Shown here one piece after another: positions 38,704 through 48,139 of a stretch of 64,000 nt of DNA. This DNA is from an uncultured Dehalococcoidia bacterium (lineage in GTDB: Bacteria; Chloroflexota; Dehalococcoidia; Bin125): positions 122 through 64,121 of the forward strand of contig CAYFZI010000008.1 in the NCBI GenBank assembly GCA_964347635.1, written 5' to 3'. The first letter of the stretch is position 1. Each line of letters begins with the position of its first letter. Below the pieces are notes generated by a model that was not told the DNA's origin, made no database searches, and saw nothing but the letters and a program-made list of their open reading frames with translations. A program made the position numbers and the translations under genes.

Positions 38704-39690
38704 TTACTCGGTATCCGCCAGCGCCGCGTCGACCTTGCCCGCCGTTTCCTCGGACAGGTAGGCCGACCACACGGCGCGGCGGTTGCGCAGGTACCAGAGG
38801 GCGGCGTTCGCGGCGCTTTCGCCCTGCTCCGCCATCCACACTTCGGCCGCAATCTGGCTCTCCTCGTCGAACTCCCAGCGCTCGAGGAACTCCAGCACCT
38901 CTGGGGCGCGTTCGGCCAGGGTCTGGTGCACCGCGATCCTGACCTCGGTCTCCGGGTAGGCGCAGCCTTTGCCGGCCGCCCAGCAGGCGTCGCTGTAGGC
39001 GGGCTCCTCGAGCAGATACAGCTCCAGCGCAGCAGCGGTCGGCGTGGGGCCCCACATGTAGCCGAGCCAGGCATCGCCGCGCTCATAGGCGCGCTCGAGG
39101 CCCTCGAAGAGCGCCGCCGCGCTGTCCGGCGCGGCGAGTTCGACGTGCTCTGTCAGCCCATAGGCGGCGATCTTCGCCGCGTTGTCCTGGGCGCAGAACC
39201 AGCCTTCGACGCAGTCGACCAGACGGGCGCGGCCGCTCGAATCCGGCGCAGCGAAGAGCGCCGCGTAGTCGGGCAGATCGGTCACCGCAACGAGGCCGGG
39301 ATGCTCGTCTTTGACGTACTGCGGAATCACAAAGCCTTGCCAGATCGGCTGCAGGCTCGTGCCGGCGTCAACGATTACCCCCTCCGCCAGCGCCGACTCC
39401 CACACCTCCTGCTGATTGGGCAGCCAGACTTCCAGGGCGACATCGGTCTCGTTGTCGAGCAGCCGCTGCCAAAGCGGCTCGGTGCTGCCGGCGATCGATT
39501 CGGTGGGATAGCCGTAGCCGTGTTCGACGATGAAGCGCACGATCCGTGTCTGGATTTCGGCCGAGGGCCAGTTGAGCTCTGAGAACACGATCGGCTCGCG
39601 CTCGCTGCTGCAGGCCGCGGCCGCGCAGGCCAGCAGCAGTGCGGCGAGCAGCGCCGCGAGCAGCTTGGGCAGTTTGACCACTACCTGATT
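38704..39690 (-). CDS. Glycine betaine/proline-type ABC substrate-binding protein (ProX/OpuAC-like), lipoprotein
   Basis: LLACAAAACSS lipobox. OpuAC-like fold. The start is approximate. Confidence 0.75.
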   Translation of the reverse strand, partial: NQVVVKLPKLLAALLAALLLACAAAACSSEREPIVFSELNWPSAEIQTRIVRFIVEHGYGYPTESIAGSTEPLWQRLLDNETDVALEVWLPNQQEVWESALAEGVIVDAGTSLQPIWQGFVIPQYVKDEHPGLVAVTDLPDYAALFAAPDSSGRARLVDCVEGWFCAQDNAAKIAAYGLTEHVELAAPDSAAALFEGLERAYERGDAWLGYMWGPTPTAAALELYLLEEPAYSDACWAAGKGCAYPETEVRIAVHQTLAERAPEVLEFLERWEFDEESQIAAEVWMAEQGESAANAALWYLRNRRAVWSAYLSEETAGKVDAALADTE

Positions 39691-39846
39691 GAGCACGTTT
39701 TTGCTCCTCTTCCGTGCTCTCCGCGCTGTCCTGGCCCGCACTGCCCTAGATGGCGGCCTGCGTGCGGCGGCGCTTGCGCCAGTCGGTCGGCGCGCCCTGC
39801 GGGATGCAGCGGCTGCGGAGCTCGCGCCGCGGCCGGGCGGCCCCGC

Positions 39847-40092
39847 TTGAGGAGAGCAGTTCGTACACTAGCTGCAATGCGGCGTGCATCGGCGTTCGAG
39901 CGGTGGCGGAGCGGCCTGCTGGCGGGGCTCACAGCGGCGGCCGGCCTGGGCCTGGCCGGCGTGCTGGCGGCGGCTGCGGCGGTGCTGGTTGATCCCGGCC
40001 TGTTCGCCGCGCTGCGGCCCTGGTGGAGCCTGCTCGGCGCTGCCGGGCTGCTCTCGGTGCTGTGGCTGGGCTGGGTGCTCTGGTGGCGCTGA
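39847..40092 (+). CDS. Hypothetical small membrane protein
   Basis: 81 aa with two hydrophobic helices. Its stop overlaps the GTG start of the downstream lipoprotein. Confidence 0.3.
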   Translation: MRRAVRTLAAMRRASAFERWRSGLLAGLTAAAGLGLAGVLAAAAAVLVDPGLFAALRPWWSLLGAAGLLSVLWLGWVLWWR

Positions 40093-40493
40093 GGCTCGCG
40101 CTGGCGGCGCTGCCGCTGCTCGCCGCCGCCCTGATCGGCTGCGCGACCTGGGGCGCCGGGCACCGCGCGGAAGCGGCGCTCGAACTCGACCTGGAAGACC
40201 CCGACCGCGCCGTGCTCGCGCCGCTCGAGCGCAAGCTCGGCGCCGCCGAACCGTTCTGGGTGCGGCTCGACCTCGGCGCGCCGACCGAGGCGGACCACGT
40301 GATCGTGCGCTTCGAGCTGGATGTCGGCGGGCGCTCTTATTTCGAGGTCGAGGATTACCGCTTCGACGATCTCACGCCGCCCTGGGATGTGGCGGCGATC
40401 CCGCTCAGCATTTCGCAGCCGGGCGATTGGAACATCGCCTTCATCGTCAACTCGCGCAAGGTGACAGACGTGAAGGTGTCGGTGGAGCGCTGA
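40083..40493 (+). CDS. Hypothetical lipoprotein
   Basis: GTG start. VALRLALAALPLLAAALIGCATW is a lipoprotein signal. No family recognised. Confidence 0.45.
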   Translation: MALRLALAALPLLAAALIGCATWGAGHRAEAALELDLEDPDRAVLAPLERKLGAAEPFWVRLDLGAPTEADHVIVRFELDVGGRSYFEVEDYRFDDLTPPWDVAAIPLSISQPGDWNIAFIVNSRKVTDVKVSVER

Positions 40494-40496
40494 GGG

Positions 40497-40528
40497 TGGG
40501 CTAGATAAGTGTGGGCTAGATTAAGCGG
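40497..40528 (+). promoter_or_regulatory. AT-richer direct repeat (GTGGGCTAGATWA, two copies) upstream of fhs
   Basis: gtgggctagataa...gtgggctagattaa lies 35-65 nt upstream of the fhs start. It is a candidate operator. Confidence 0.3.
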
Positions 40529-40561
40529 CGCACATTGAGGCTGCCGGCAGAGGGGTGCGGA

Positions 40562-42175
40562 ATGCGGCGGATCGTGGACGTGGCAGCGGAGCTGGGCCTA
40601 GACGAAAGCGATCTGGAGCTGTACGGACAATCGAAAGCGAAGCTGACCGGCGATGCCCTCGCGGCCCTGGCCGAGGCGCCCCATGGCAAGCTGGTGCTGG
40701 TCACGGGGATGACTCCGACGAGCGCCGGCGAAGGCAAAACGACCACCGCGATCGGCCTCACGCAGGCGCTGCGGGCCGGCGGCGCGCGGGCAACCGCGGC
40801 GCTGCGCGAACCATCGATGGGGCCTGTCTTCGGGATCAAGGGCGGCGGCACCGGCGGCGGGCGTTCGATCGTCGAGCCGTCGGACGATATCAATCTGCAT
40901 TTCACCGGCGATCTGCACGCCGTGACCGCCGCGAACAACCTGCTCGCCGCCGCGATCGACAACTCGATCTTTCACGGCAACCCGCACCAGATCGATCCGC
41001 GGCGGATCGCCTGGCGCCGCTGCATCGATATGAACGATCGCGCCCTGCGCGGCGCGGTGATCGGGATGGGCGGCACCACCGACGGCGTCCCCCGCGAGGA
41101 ATCGTTCGATATCACGCCGGCTTCGGAAGTGATGGCGATCCTGTCCGTCGCTTCCGATCTCGAAGACCTGCACCGCCGCCTGGGCGCGGTGATCGTCGGT
41201 TACACGCGCGAGATCCAGCCGGTGCACTGCCGCGACCTGGAAGTCGACGGCGCGATGGCGGTCCTGCTCGAGCAGGCGATCCGCCCGAACCTGGTGCAGA
41301 CGCTGGACGGCGGCCCGGCCTTCGTGCACGGCGGGCCCTTCGCCAACATCGCGCTCGGCTGCAACAGCATCGCCGCCACCCGCGCGGCCCTGGCAACCAG
41401 CGAGATCACCGTCACCGAAGCCGGCTTCGGCTCCGACCTCGGCGCCGAAAAGTTCTTCAACGTCGTCGCCCGCGTCGGCGGCTTCGCGCCGCAGGCGGCG
41501 GTGATCGTGGCCACCGCGCGCGCGCTCAAGCGGCACGGCGGCCGCGCCGCCGACGATCTCGAGCGCGAGGATCCCGCGGCGCTGGAGGCCGGCCTGGCCA
41601 ATCTCGACGCGCATATCGACAACGTCCGAGGCCACGGCGTCGCGCCGGTCGTCGCTGTGAACCGTTTTCCCAGCGACACGGCGGCGGAGCTGGAAGCGGT
41701 GCTGGCGCATTGCCGCGCGCGCGGCGTGCACGCCGCCGCGGCCGACCCGTTCGGGGGCGGCGCGCCGGCCTGCGCGGAGCTGGCCGAAGCCGTGCGCGCC
41801 GCGCTCGACGGCGGCGGCTCGCAGCTGCGCCCGCTCTATGAACCCGAACAGCCGCTGCGCGAGAAGATCGAGGCCGTCGCCCGTGAGGTCTACGGCGCCG
41901 GCTCGGTCGCTTATCTGCGCCGCGCCGAGCTGACCCTGCGCCGCGCCCGCCGCCTCGGCATGGAGTCCTGGCCGGTCTGCATCGCCAAGACGCAGTACTC
42001 GCTCTCCGACGACCCGGCGCTGCTCGGCCGCCCGCGCGGCCACGAGTTCACCGTGCGCGAGGTGCGCCCGGCGGCCGGGGCCGGCTTCGTGGTGATCATC
42101 TCGGGCGAGATCATGACCATGCCCGGCCTGCCCCGCTCGCCGGCGGCCGCGCAATTTGCGCTTGGCGGGGGCTAG
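40562..42175 (+). CDS. fhs: Formate--tetrahydrofolate ligase
   Basis: MRRIVDVAAELGL... and TPTSAGEGKTTTAIGL (P-loop) are diagnostic. Full length. Confidence 0.9.
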   Translation: MRRIVDVAAELGLDESDLELYGQSKAKLTGDALAALAEAPHGKLVLVTGMTPTSAGEGKTTTAIGLTQALRAGGARATAALREPSMGPVFGIKGGGTGGGRSIVEPSDDINLHFTGDLHAVTAANNLLAAAIDNSIFHGNPHQIDPRRIAWRRCIDMNDRALRGAVIGMGGTTDGVPREESFDITPASEVMAILSVASDLEDLHRRLGAVIVGYTREIQPVHCRDLEVDGAMAVLLEQAIRPNLVQTLDGGPAFVHGGPFANIALGCNSIAATRAALATSEITVTEAGFGSDLGAEKFFNVVARVGGFAPQAAVIVATARALKRHGGRAADDLEREDPAALEAGLANLDAHIDNVRGHGVAPVVAVNRFPSDTAAELEAVLAHCRARGVHAAAADPFGGGAPACAELAEAVRAALDGGGSQLRPLYEPEQPLREKIEAVAREVYGAGSVAYLRRAELTLRRARRLGMESWPVCIAKTQYSLSDDPALLGRPRGHEFTVREVRPAAGAGFVVIISGEIMTMPGLPRSPAAAQFALGGG

Positions 42176-42179
42176 CGCG

Positions 42180-43130
42180 ATGCCCGAGCACCGCAACACC
42201 TTTGCCGGCAATCCGCTCGATCGGGTCGCGGCTGAGCGCCGCGACGAGCGCTGGATCCGCGCGCGCCTGGCCGACGCTTCGTCGCGGCTGCTGCCGCTGC
42301 ACCGCCTCTCGGTGCCGTTCGTCGAGCGCGGCGGCGTTCTGCGGCTCGCCTGGGCGCCCGTCAGCGACCTGGAAGACGCGGACCCGGAGAGCTTTCCCGT
42401 GCTGCTGGGCGTGGACCAAGGCGCGGCGCGCTTCGCGATCAACGTCTCGGCCGCCGCCGACCCTTTGGCCGTGCTCGAGCTGCCCAGCGGCGCGCGCTTT
42501 GCCGACCTGCGCGAGGCCTCGGCGAGGCTGGACGGCGGCGATGCGGGCATCGCGGCGCAGGCCCGCTCGCTGATCGACTGGCATGCGCGGCACCGCCACT
42601 GCGCCGTCTGTGGGGAGCGCACCATGCCGGTCCAGGGCGGCATCTTCCGCAAGTGCATCGTCTGCCCGGCCGAGCATTTTCCGCGCACCGATCCGGTCGT
42701 GATCACGGTGGTCAACGACGGCGAGCGTTGCCTGCTGGGGCGCCAGGCCAGCTGGCCGGCGGGGATGTTCTCGGCGCTGGCCGGCTTCATCGACCAGGGC
42801 GAATCGATCGAGGATGCGGTGCGCCGCGAGGTGCGCGAGGAAGCGGGGATCGAGGTGCGCGCGATCCGCTACCACTCGTCGCAGCCCTGGCCCTTCCCGG
42901 CTTCGTTGATGATCGGCTGCCACGCCGACGCCGAGACATCCGCGATCCAGATGGACGAGTTCGAGATGGATGATGTGCGCTGGTTCAGCCGCGCCGAGGT
43001 GCTCGAAGCGCTGGACGGGCCGGCGGCCAGCATCGTCGGCGCGCCGGCCCGCGGCGGCGCGCTGTCGCTGCCCGGCCCAACCGCGATCGCCCATACGCTG
43101 GTGCGCGCCTGGGCTGAAGGCATCGACTGA
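42180..43130 (+). CDS. nudC: NAD+ diphosphatase (NudC-like Nudix hydrolase)
   Basis: Zinc ribbon CAVCG...CIVCPAEHF. Nudix box GESIEDAVRREVREEAGIEV. Confidence 0.8.
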   Translation: MPEHRNTFAGNPLDRVAAERRDERWIRARLADASSRLLPLHRLSVPFVERGGVLRLAWAPVSDLEDADPESFPVLLGVDQGAARFAINVSAAADPLAVLELPSGARFADLREASARLDGGDAGIAAQARSLIDWHARHRHCAVCGERTMPVQGGIFRKCIVCPAEHFPRTDPVVITVVNDGERCLLGRQASWPAGMFSALAGFIDQGESIEDAVRREVREEAGIEVRAIRYHSSQPWPFPASLMIGCHADAETSAIQMDEFEMDDVRWFSRAEVLEALDGPAASIVGAPARGGALSLPGPTAIAHTLVRAWAEGID

Positions 43131-43183
43131 AGGATCCGCGCAGCAGCAACCGCTGCAACGACTCCGCGGTACGCTGGGGACTT

Positions 43184-44599
43184 ATGAGAACTGTTGCCGC
43201 CGGGATCATCAGCGCGTTGACACTGACACTGGCGGCATTCGCGCCCGCCGCCTGCGGATCGGAGCCGCAGGACGCCGCCGAGCCGCCCGCAGCCGCGGCG
43301 GAACGCGGGCAAGTGCAGCAGCAGGCCGTCCAACAGTCGGCCCGGCAGAGCGCAGCCCAGGACGGCGCGGCGCAGCAGACAGCGCCGGCGCGGGAGAGCG
43401 CCGAAGACGCAGCCGACCGACCCAACAGCGCTGAGGCCCAGAACAGCAGCGGGCAGCAGGCGGCGCCCGCGGCCCAGGAGCAACAGCAAGCAGCGCCGAC
43501 GCTCAGTGCCGCAGCGCAAGAGGCGGCCGGCTGGAGCGAGGAGGAGCTGCAGCGGCGGGCTGAGGCAATCGCCGCTGCAGGCTCGGTCAGCGATCTCGTT
43601 GGGATCAACGCCTGGCTCAACGGCGCCGAGACCACGATCGCGCGCGAGCTGGCCAAAGGCAACATCGTGCTGATCGACTTCTGGACCTACACCTGCGTGA
43701 ACTGCATCCGCACCCTGCCCTTTCTGACCGAATGGCACGCCAAATACGGCGGCCGCGGGCTCACGATCATCGGCGTCCACACGCCCGAATTCGAGTTCGA
43801 GAAGGACCGGGCCAACGTCAGCGAGGCGATCGAGCAATACGGGATCGAGTACCTCGTCGCACAGGACAACGACTTCCGCACCTGGCGCGCCTTCAACAAC
43901 CGCTTCTGGCCGGCCAAGTACCTGATCGGCCCGGTGATGGGCATCCGCTATCAGCACTTCGGCGAAGGCGACTACCTCGAGACCGAGCAGGCGATTCGGC
44001 GCGCGCTGGCCGACGCCGGCTGGGACCTGAGCGGCGTCGCGGAAGGCTCAACAGCGGCGGCGCCGCAGCGCGATCCGGTCGCCCGCGGCCAGACCCGCGA
44101 GCTCTACGGCGGCACGCACCGCAACTACGGCTCGGTCCAGTACGCCGCCCAGCCCGAGTACTACCTCCAGGCCGGCGCGGCGCAGCTCTACACAGATATC
44201 GAGGCCGGGCAGCGGCAGCCCCATAAGTGGTACCTGCAGGGGCTCTGGCGCAACGATCCCGAGGCGATCGTGCACGCCCGCAGGACGGAGAACCTGGAGG
44301 ACTACCTGGCCTTCGCCTTCACCGCGCGGACGGTCAACGTGGTCCTCACGGTGGCCGCGGATGAAGCGCCGTTCAACGTCTACCTCGAGCTGGACGGCCG
44401 CTGGCTGCGGCCGGACGAGGCGGGCGCGGATGTCCTCTTCGACGGCGAGGAGCGCTCGTTCGTGCGGGTCACGCGCAACGACCTCTATCGGCTGGTCGAG
44501 CTGCCGGTCTGGAGTACGCACGAACTGAAGCTGCGCTCAAACTCGGATCAGCTGGCGATCTTCGCCTTCACATTCGGCTCCTATCTGGGCGGTGAATGA
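43184..44599 (+). CDS. Thioredoxin-like (redoxin/DipZ C-terminal-like) lipoprotein
   Basis: LAAFAPAACGS lipobox. A low-complexity linker follows. FWTYTCVNCIRTLP is a CxxC thioredoxin-fold motif. Confidence 0.75.
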   Translation: MRTVAAGIISALTLTLAAFAPAACGSEPQDAAEPPAAAAERGQVQQQAVQQSARQSAAQDGAAQQTAPARESAEDAADRPNSAEAQNSSGQQAAPAAQEQQQAAPTLSAAAQEAAGWSEEELQRRAEAIAAAGSVSDLVGINAWLNGAETTIARELAKGNIVLIDFWTYTCVNCIRTLPFLTEWHAKYGGRGLTIIGVHTPEFEFEKDRANVSEAIEQYGIEYLVAQDNDFRTWRAFNNRFWPAKYLIGPVMGIRYQHFGEGDYLETEQAIRRALADAGWDLSGVAEGSTAAAPQRDPVARGQTRELYGGTHRNYGSVQYAAQPEYYLQAGAAQLYTDIEAGQRQPHKWYLQGLWRNDPEAIVHARRTENLEDYLAFAFTARTVNVVLTVAADEAPFNVYLELDGRWLRPDEAGADVLFDGEERSFVRVTRNDLYRLVELPVWSTHELKLRSNSDQLAIFAFTFGSYLGGE

Positions 44600-44609
44600 T
44601 GGGCGGTGC

Positions 44610-45746
44610 ATGATGCTCCCGACGCCCTTGGCCGGCCTTGCCCTGCTCGCGGGTCTGTTTGCGGGCCTGCTCGCCGCGGCCTGCGGCGGCGGCGCTGAGC
44701 AGCAAGCAGCGCGCCCCGAACCCGACCAGCCGCCCGCAGCGCAGCAAACAGTGCAGCAAACCGCCGCCGAGCAGGCTCCAGCCGATCAAGCCGCCGATCA
44801 ATCCGAGCAACCAGCCCAGGCGCAGCAGCAAGAACAGCAGCAAGAAGAGCCCGCCGATGCTCCCGCCGCCGCCGACCTGCTGCGCCCCGCCGCCGTCGAT
44901 GAGCTCAGCCCGCGGCTGGCGCTGCTGACCGACGGCGGCTACCCGGTCTACGTCAGCGAGGCCGGCTTCACCGTGGCGCTTGGCACGCCCGACCTCGGCA
45001 TCGGCGATCAGCGCCTCAGCATCGTGGTCGAGAGCGCGGAGGGGCTCGTCGAGTTTCCCGCTCTCGCGCTGCGCTACTGGCCCGCCGACGGCGGCCCGGC
45101 CAACGTCGCCGAAGCGCTCGCCGCCTTCACTCTCTTCCCCGACGGCGTGCGCGGCTTTCACGTCGCACAGCTGACCTTCGAGCAGGCCGGCGATTGGGTG
45201 CTCAGCGTGCGCACGCCGACCGTCGACGGCTTCGTCGATCTGCCGCTTGCGATCGAAGTGCGGGCCGACCCGCGCGCGCCCGCCGTCGGCGAGCAGCCGC
45301 CGGCCTCGATCAACCGCACCCTGCGCGACGTCTCAGGTGCGGAACAGCTCTCCACCGGCGCGGAGCCCGACGCCACGCTCTACGAACTCACGATCGCCGA
45401 GGCGCTCGAGCGCGGCGAGCCGTTCATCATCGTGTTCGCCAGCCCCGGCTTCTGCACGAACGCGTTTTGCGGCCCGCAGGTCGAGGTGCTCAGCGAGCTG
45501 CGCCGGCTGCATCCGGCCAAGGCCGGCTACATCCACGTTGATCTCTACGAGAACCCGCTCGAAGTGCGCCGCGGCGAGCCGCCCCAGGAGACGCCGCTGC
45601 TCGAAGAGTGGGGCCTCGAAACCGATGAGTGGACGTTCGTGATCGGCGCCGACGGCAAAGTCGCCGCCCGCTTCGAAGCCTTCGCGCCGCTCGAAGAGGT
45701 CGAGGCCGCCCTCTTGCTCTCCTGGAACGCGGCGCAGGGCCAATAA
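44610..45746 (+). CDS. Lipoprotein with C-terminal thioredoxin-like/SCO-like region
   Basis: LAAACGGG lipobox and a Q/A-rich linker. FIIVFASPGFCTNAFCGPQ follows. It overlaps the upstream gene by 8 nt at the ORF level. Confidence 0.55.
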   Translation: MMLPTPLAGLALLAGLFAGLLAAACGGGAEQQAARPEPDQPPAAQQTVQQTAAEQAPADQAADQSEQPAQAQQQEQQQEEPADAPAAADLLRPAAVDELSPRLALLTDGGYPVYVSEAGFTVALGTPDLGIGDQRLSIVVESAEGLVEFPALALRYWPADGGPANVAEALAAFTLFPDGVRGFHVAQLTFEQAGDWVLSVRTPTVDGFVDLPLAIEVRADPRAPAVGEQPPASINRTLRDVSGAEQLSTGAEPDATLYELTIAEALERGEPFIIVFASPGFCTNAFCGPQVEVLSELRRLHPAKAGYIHVDLYENPLEVRRGEPPQETPLLEEWGLETDEWTFVIGADGKVAARFEAFAPLEEVEAALLLSWNAAQGQ

Positions 45747-45782
45747 CGGCCAGCCGGCAGCCGCGCCGCCGACGCTCAGCCT

Positions 45783-46158
45783 TCAGTCTCAATCGGGTGC
45801 TCGAGCGCGTAGCCGTACTCGTGCCAGGACGCGTCGTAGTTCGCCGCCTGATCCCAGCCCAGCAGCCGCAGCAGGAAGAATCCGTGCGCCGCACGGATGC
45901 CGCCCGGTCAATAGGTGGTCACGCGCTTGTCGGGCGTGATTCCGATATCGGCCAGCATTGCGCGCAGCTGCGCGGGCGGCTTGAGCGTGCGTAGCGGGGA
46001 CTCCAGCGTCTGCAGCCACTCGAGATGCTATGCAGCCGCTGATAGGCCGGCAGCAGATCGCAATCGAGCAGCACCAGATCTTCGTCGTCAATGTGCTCGG
46101 CGAGCCAATCGGTGCTGCAAAGCAGCTCTGGGCGGGCCCAGCCCTCGTCAGTGGTCAT
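45783..46158 (-). pseudogene. Rhodanese/sulfurtransferase remnant (frameshift, internal deletion, TGA at catalytic Cys)
   Basis: - Frame A: MTTDEGWARPELLCSTDWLAEHIDDEDLVLLDC..., the domain-1 N-terminus.
- A shifted frame: ...LRTLKPPAQLRAMLADIGITPDKRVTTY-TGA-PGGIRAAHGFFLLRLLGWDQAANYDASWHEYG, the domain-2 C-terminus.
- About 150 aa are missing between the two parts.
- TGA sits where the active-site Cys is expected. Confidence 0.5.
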
Positions 46159-46167
46159 CTCGGCCGC

Positions 46168-47562
46168 TCATTCCTGTTCTTCTGCGTCGTCTTCGGGCGC
46201 TGCTGCTTGATCGGCGCCGGCGCTTTCGCTCGGCGCCTCCGCTCCGCCGCTGCCGGCGGGCCGCCACTCGCCGCGCAGGTAGTCGATCGCCGTCATCAGC
46301 TGCACGTCGAGGCCCGCCTCGAAGCCTGTCTCGGGCTGCACCACCTCGATATCCGGAATCACCCCGACGCCCTCGATGATCGTGCCGTTCGGGGAAACCC
46401 AGCGCGCCGTGCTGACATAGAGCACGCTGCCGTCGGAGAGCCGCCGCGGCACATTGACCGTTCCCTTGCCGGCCGTCACTTCGCCGATCAGCACGGCGCG
46501 GCCGTGGTCGCGCAGGGCCGCCGCCATCACCTCCGAGCCGGAGGCCGAGGTGCTGTCGATCAGCATCACGATCTCGACATCCAGCCCCTGCCCGCCGGCG
46601 CCGTCGCGGAAGATTTCCTCGCTGCCGTCGCGGTGAATCTCGCGCAGAATCACATCCTCGTCCACGAACTCCCCCGTCGTATCGACGGTCGCGCGCAGCA
46701 GGCCGCCGGGATTGCCGCGCACGTCGATGATCAGCCTGGTCACATTCGCGTTCGCCGCCGCTTCGAGCAGCTCAATGAGATCGCTGCGCGTGTTCTCGGT
46801 GAACTGCTCGATTCGAATAAAGCCGATATCGGCGACCGGATTGCCGGCGCGGTCCGTGATCGGCAGGGAGCGCACGCTCGGCACGACGATCCGATCGCGC
46901 ACGATCGGCAGCAGCTCCTCGACGCCGTCGCTGTGCCGCACCAGCAGCTCGACCGTGGTGCCGGCGGGGCCGCGGATCCGCTGCACCGCCAACTGCAGAT
47001 TCCAATCCTCGATCGACTCGCCGTCGACCGCCAGAATCACGTCGCCGGCGCGCACCCCGGCCTGCTCGGCCGGCGAACCGCGGAACACCGTGACGATCGT
47101 GATCGCGCCGTCGAACTCGTTGACGGTGCAGCCGATCCCCTCAAACGAGCCGCCGATGTCCTCGGAGTTCAGGCGAAAGTCCTCGGCATCGATGTAGGTC
47201 GTGTGCGGGTCCTCCAGCGCATCGATGATCCCGTCGATCGCGGCCCGCCGCACATCGATCGACTCGAACTTCTGGGGGTCCACGAAGTCGCGGTCGAGCA
47301 CGTCGTTGATCTCGTCCAGAATCGCGAAGCGCGATCCGCGGGCGCTCTCCGAGCGCTGCTGCGCCTCGCCGCTCTGCGCGGCCGCCGGGGCGATCGCGCC
47401 GCCGCCGCGCGCGCTGCGCAGGAACGTGCCGCGGCCGCCCGGATCATCGACAATCCGAATCACGCCGACCCCAAGCGCGAACGCGGCCGCGAGCATCAGC
47501 AGCAGCAACAGCGCTGCGAAGCTGCGGCGCGGGCCGACAGGCTGGCGGGGAAGCTCGGACAT
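46168..47562 (-). CDS. Carboxyl-terminal processing protease (S41 family)
   Basis: N-terminal TM region. PDZ domain. Catalytic region GNPGG...S...K. Confidence 0.85.
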   Translation of the reverse strand: MSELPRQPVGPRRSFAALLLLLMLAAAFALGVGVIRIVDDPGGRGTFLRSARGGGAIAPAAAQSGEAQQRSESARGSRFAILDEINDVLDRDFVDPQKFESIDVRRAAIDGIIDALEDPHTTYIDAEDFRLNSEDIGGSFEGIGCTVNEFDGAITIVTVFRGSPAEQAGVRAGDVILAVDGESIEDWNLQLAVQRIRGPAGTTVELLVRHSDGVEELLPIVRDRIVVPSVRSLPITDRAGNPVADIGFIRIEQFTENTRSDLIELLEAAANANVTRLIIDVRGNPGGLLRATVDTTGEFVDEDVILREIHRDGSEEIFRDGAGGQGLDVEIVMLIDSTSASGSEVMAAALRDHGRAVLIGEVTAGKGTVNVPRRLSDGSVLYVSTARWVSPNGTIIEGVGVIPDIEVVQPETGFEAGLDVQLMTAIDYLRGEWRPAGSGGAEAPSESAGADQAAAPEDDAEEQE

Positions 47563-47704
47563 CGTGCATCCAGACTATGTGCGCCCAGACTATCAACCGC
47601 CGCCCGGCTTCGGCATCGGCGCTCCGCCAAGTCCGCCAAAGCAGTATGCAAGGCGGTATGATTTGCCCGCACGCCCGCACCGATGGGCGCCGAGGAGGTT
47701 CGAG

Positions 47705-48112
47705 ATGGCAGCCGTCGCTGGCTACAGTCACGTAGCGATCTGTGTGTCCGATGTGGAACGCTCGCGCCATTTCTACGGCGAACAGCTGGGGTTGGAGACC
47801 GTCAACCGGCCCGACTTCGGCTTCCCCGGCGAGTGGTACGTCGTCGGCAATCTGCAGCTGCACCTGATGCAGCGCGAGATGGACGGCGGCGCGAGCGAAG
47901 GCATCGGGCCCCATTTCGCCCTCTACATCCCCACCGACGAGTTCCACGCTGAGGTCGAGCGGCTGCGCAGCGCCGGCGTCGAGGTCATGGTCGAGCCGCG
48001 CCACCGCGACGTCGACGACATCTGGGCCGCCTTCTGCAAAGACCCCGACGGCAACATCATCGAGCTCACCGATATGGGCCCGCAGTACCTCAGCGGGGCG
48101 GCGGGCGGCTAG
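47705..48112 (+). CDS. VOC/glyoxalase family protein
   Basis: MAAVAGYSHVAICVSDVERSRHFY... is the typical VOC N-terminus. 135 aa. Confidence 0.8.
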   Translation: MAAVAGYSHVAICVSDVERSRHFYGEQLGLETVNRPDFGFPGEWYVVGNLQLHLMQREMDGGASEGIGPHFALYIPTDEFHAEVERLRSAGVEVMVEPRHRDVDDIWAAFCKDPDGNIIELTDMGPQYLSGAAGG

Positions 48113-48139
48113 CCGGGCGGCGCCCGCGGCTGGGGCGAT

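Noticed and set aside
40460-40561. ZTP/THF riboswitch upstream of fhs
   Set aside because: Conserved ZTP (pfl) or THF motifs were not recognisable by eye. Only the direct repeat was kept as a finding.
40598-43094. 730-aa and 327-aa minus-strand ORFs
   Set aside because: Antisense to fhs and nudC.
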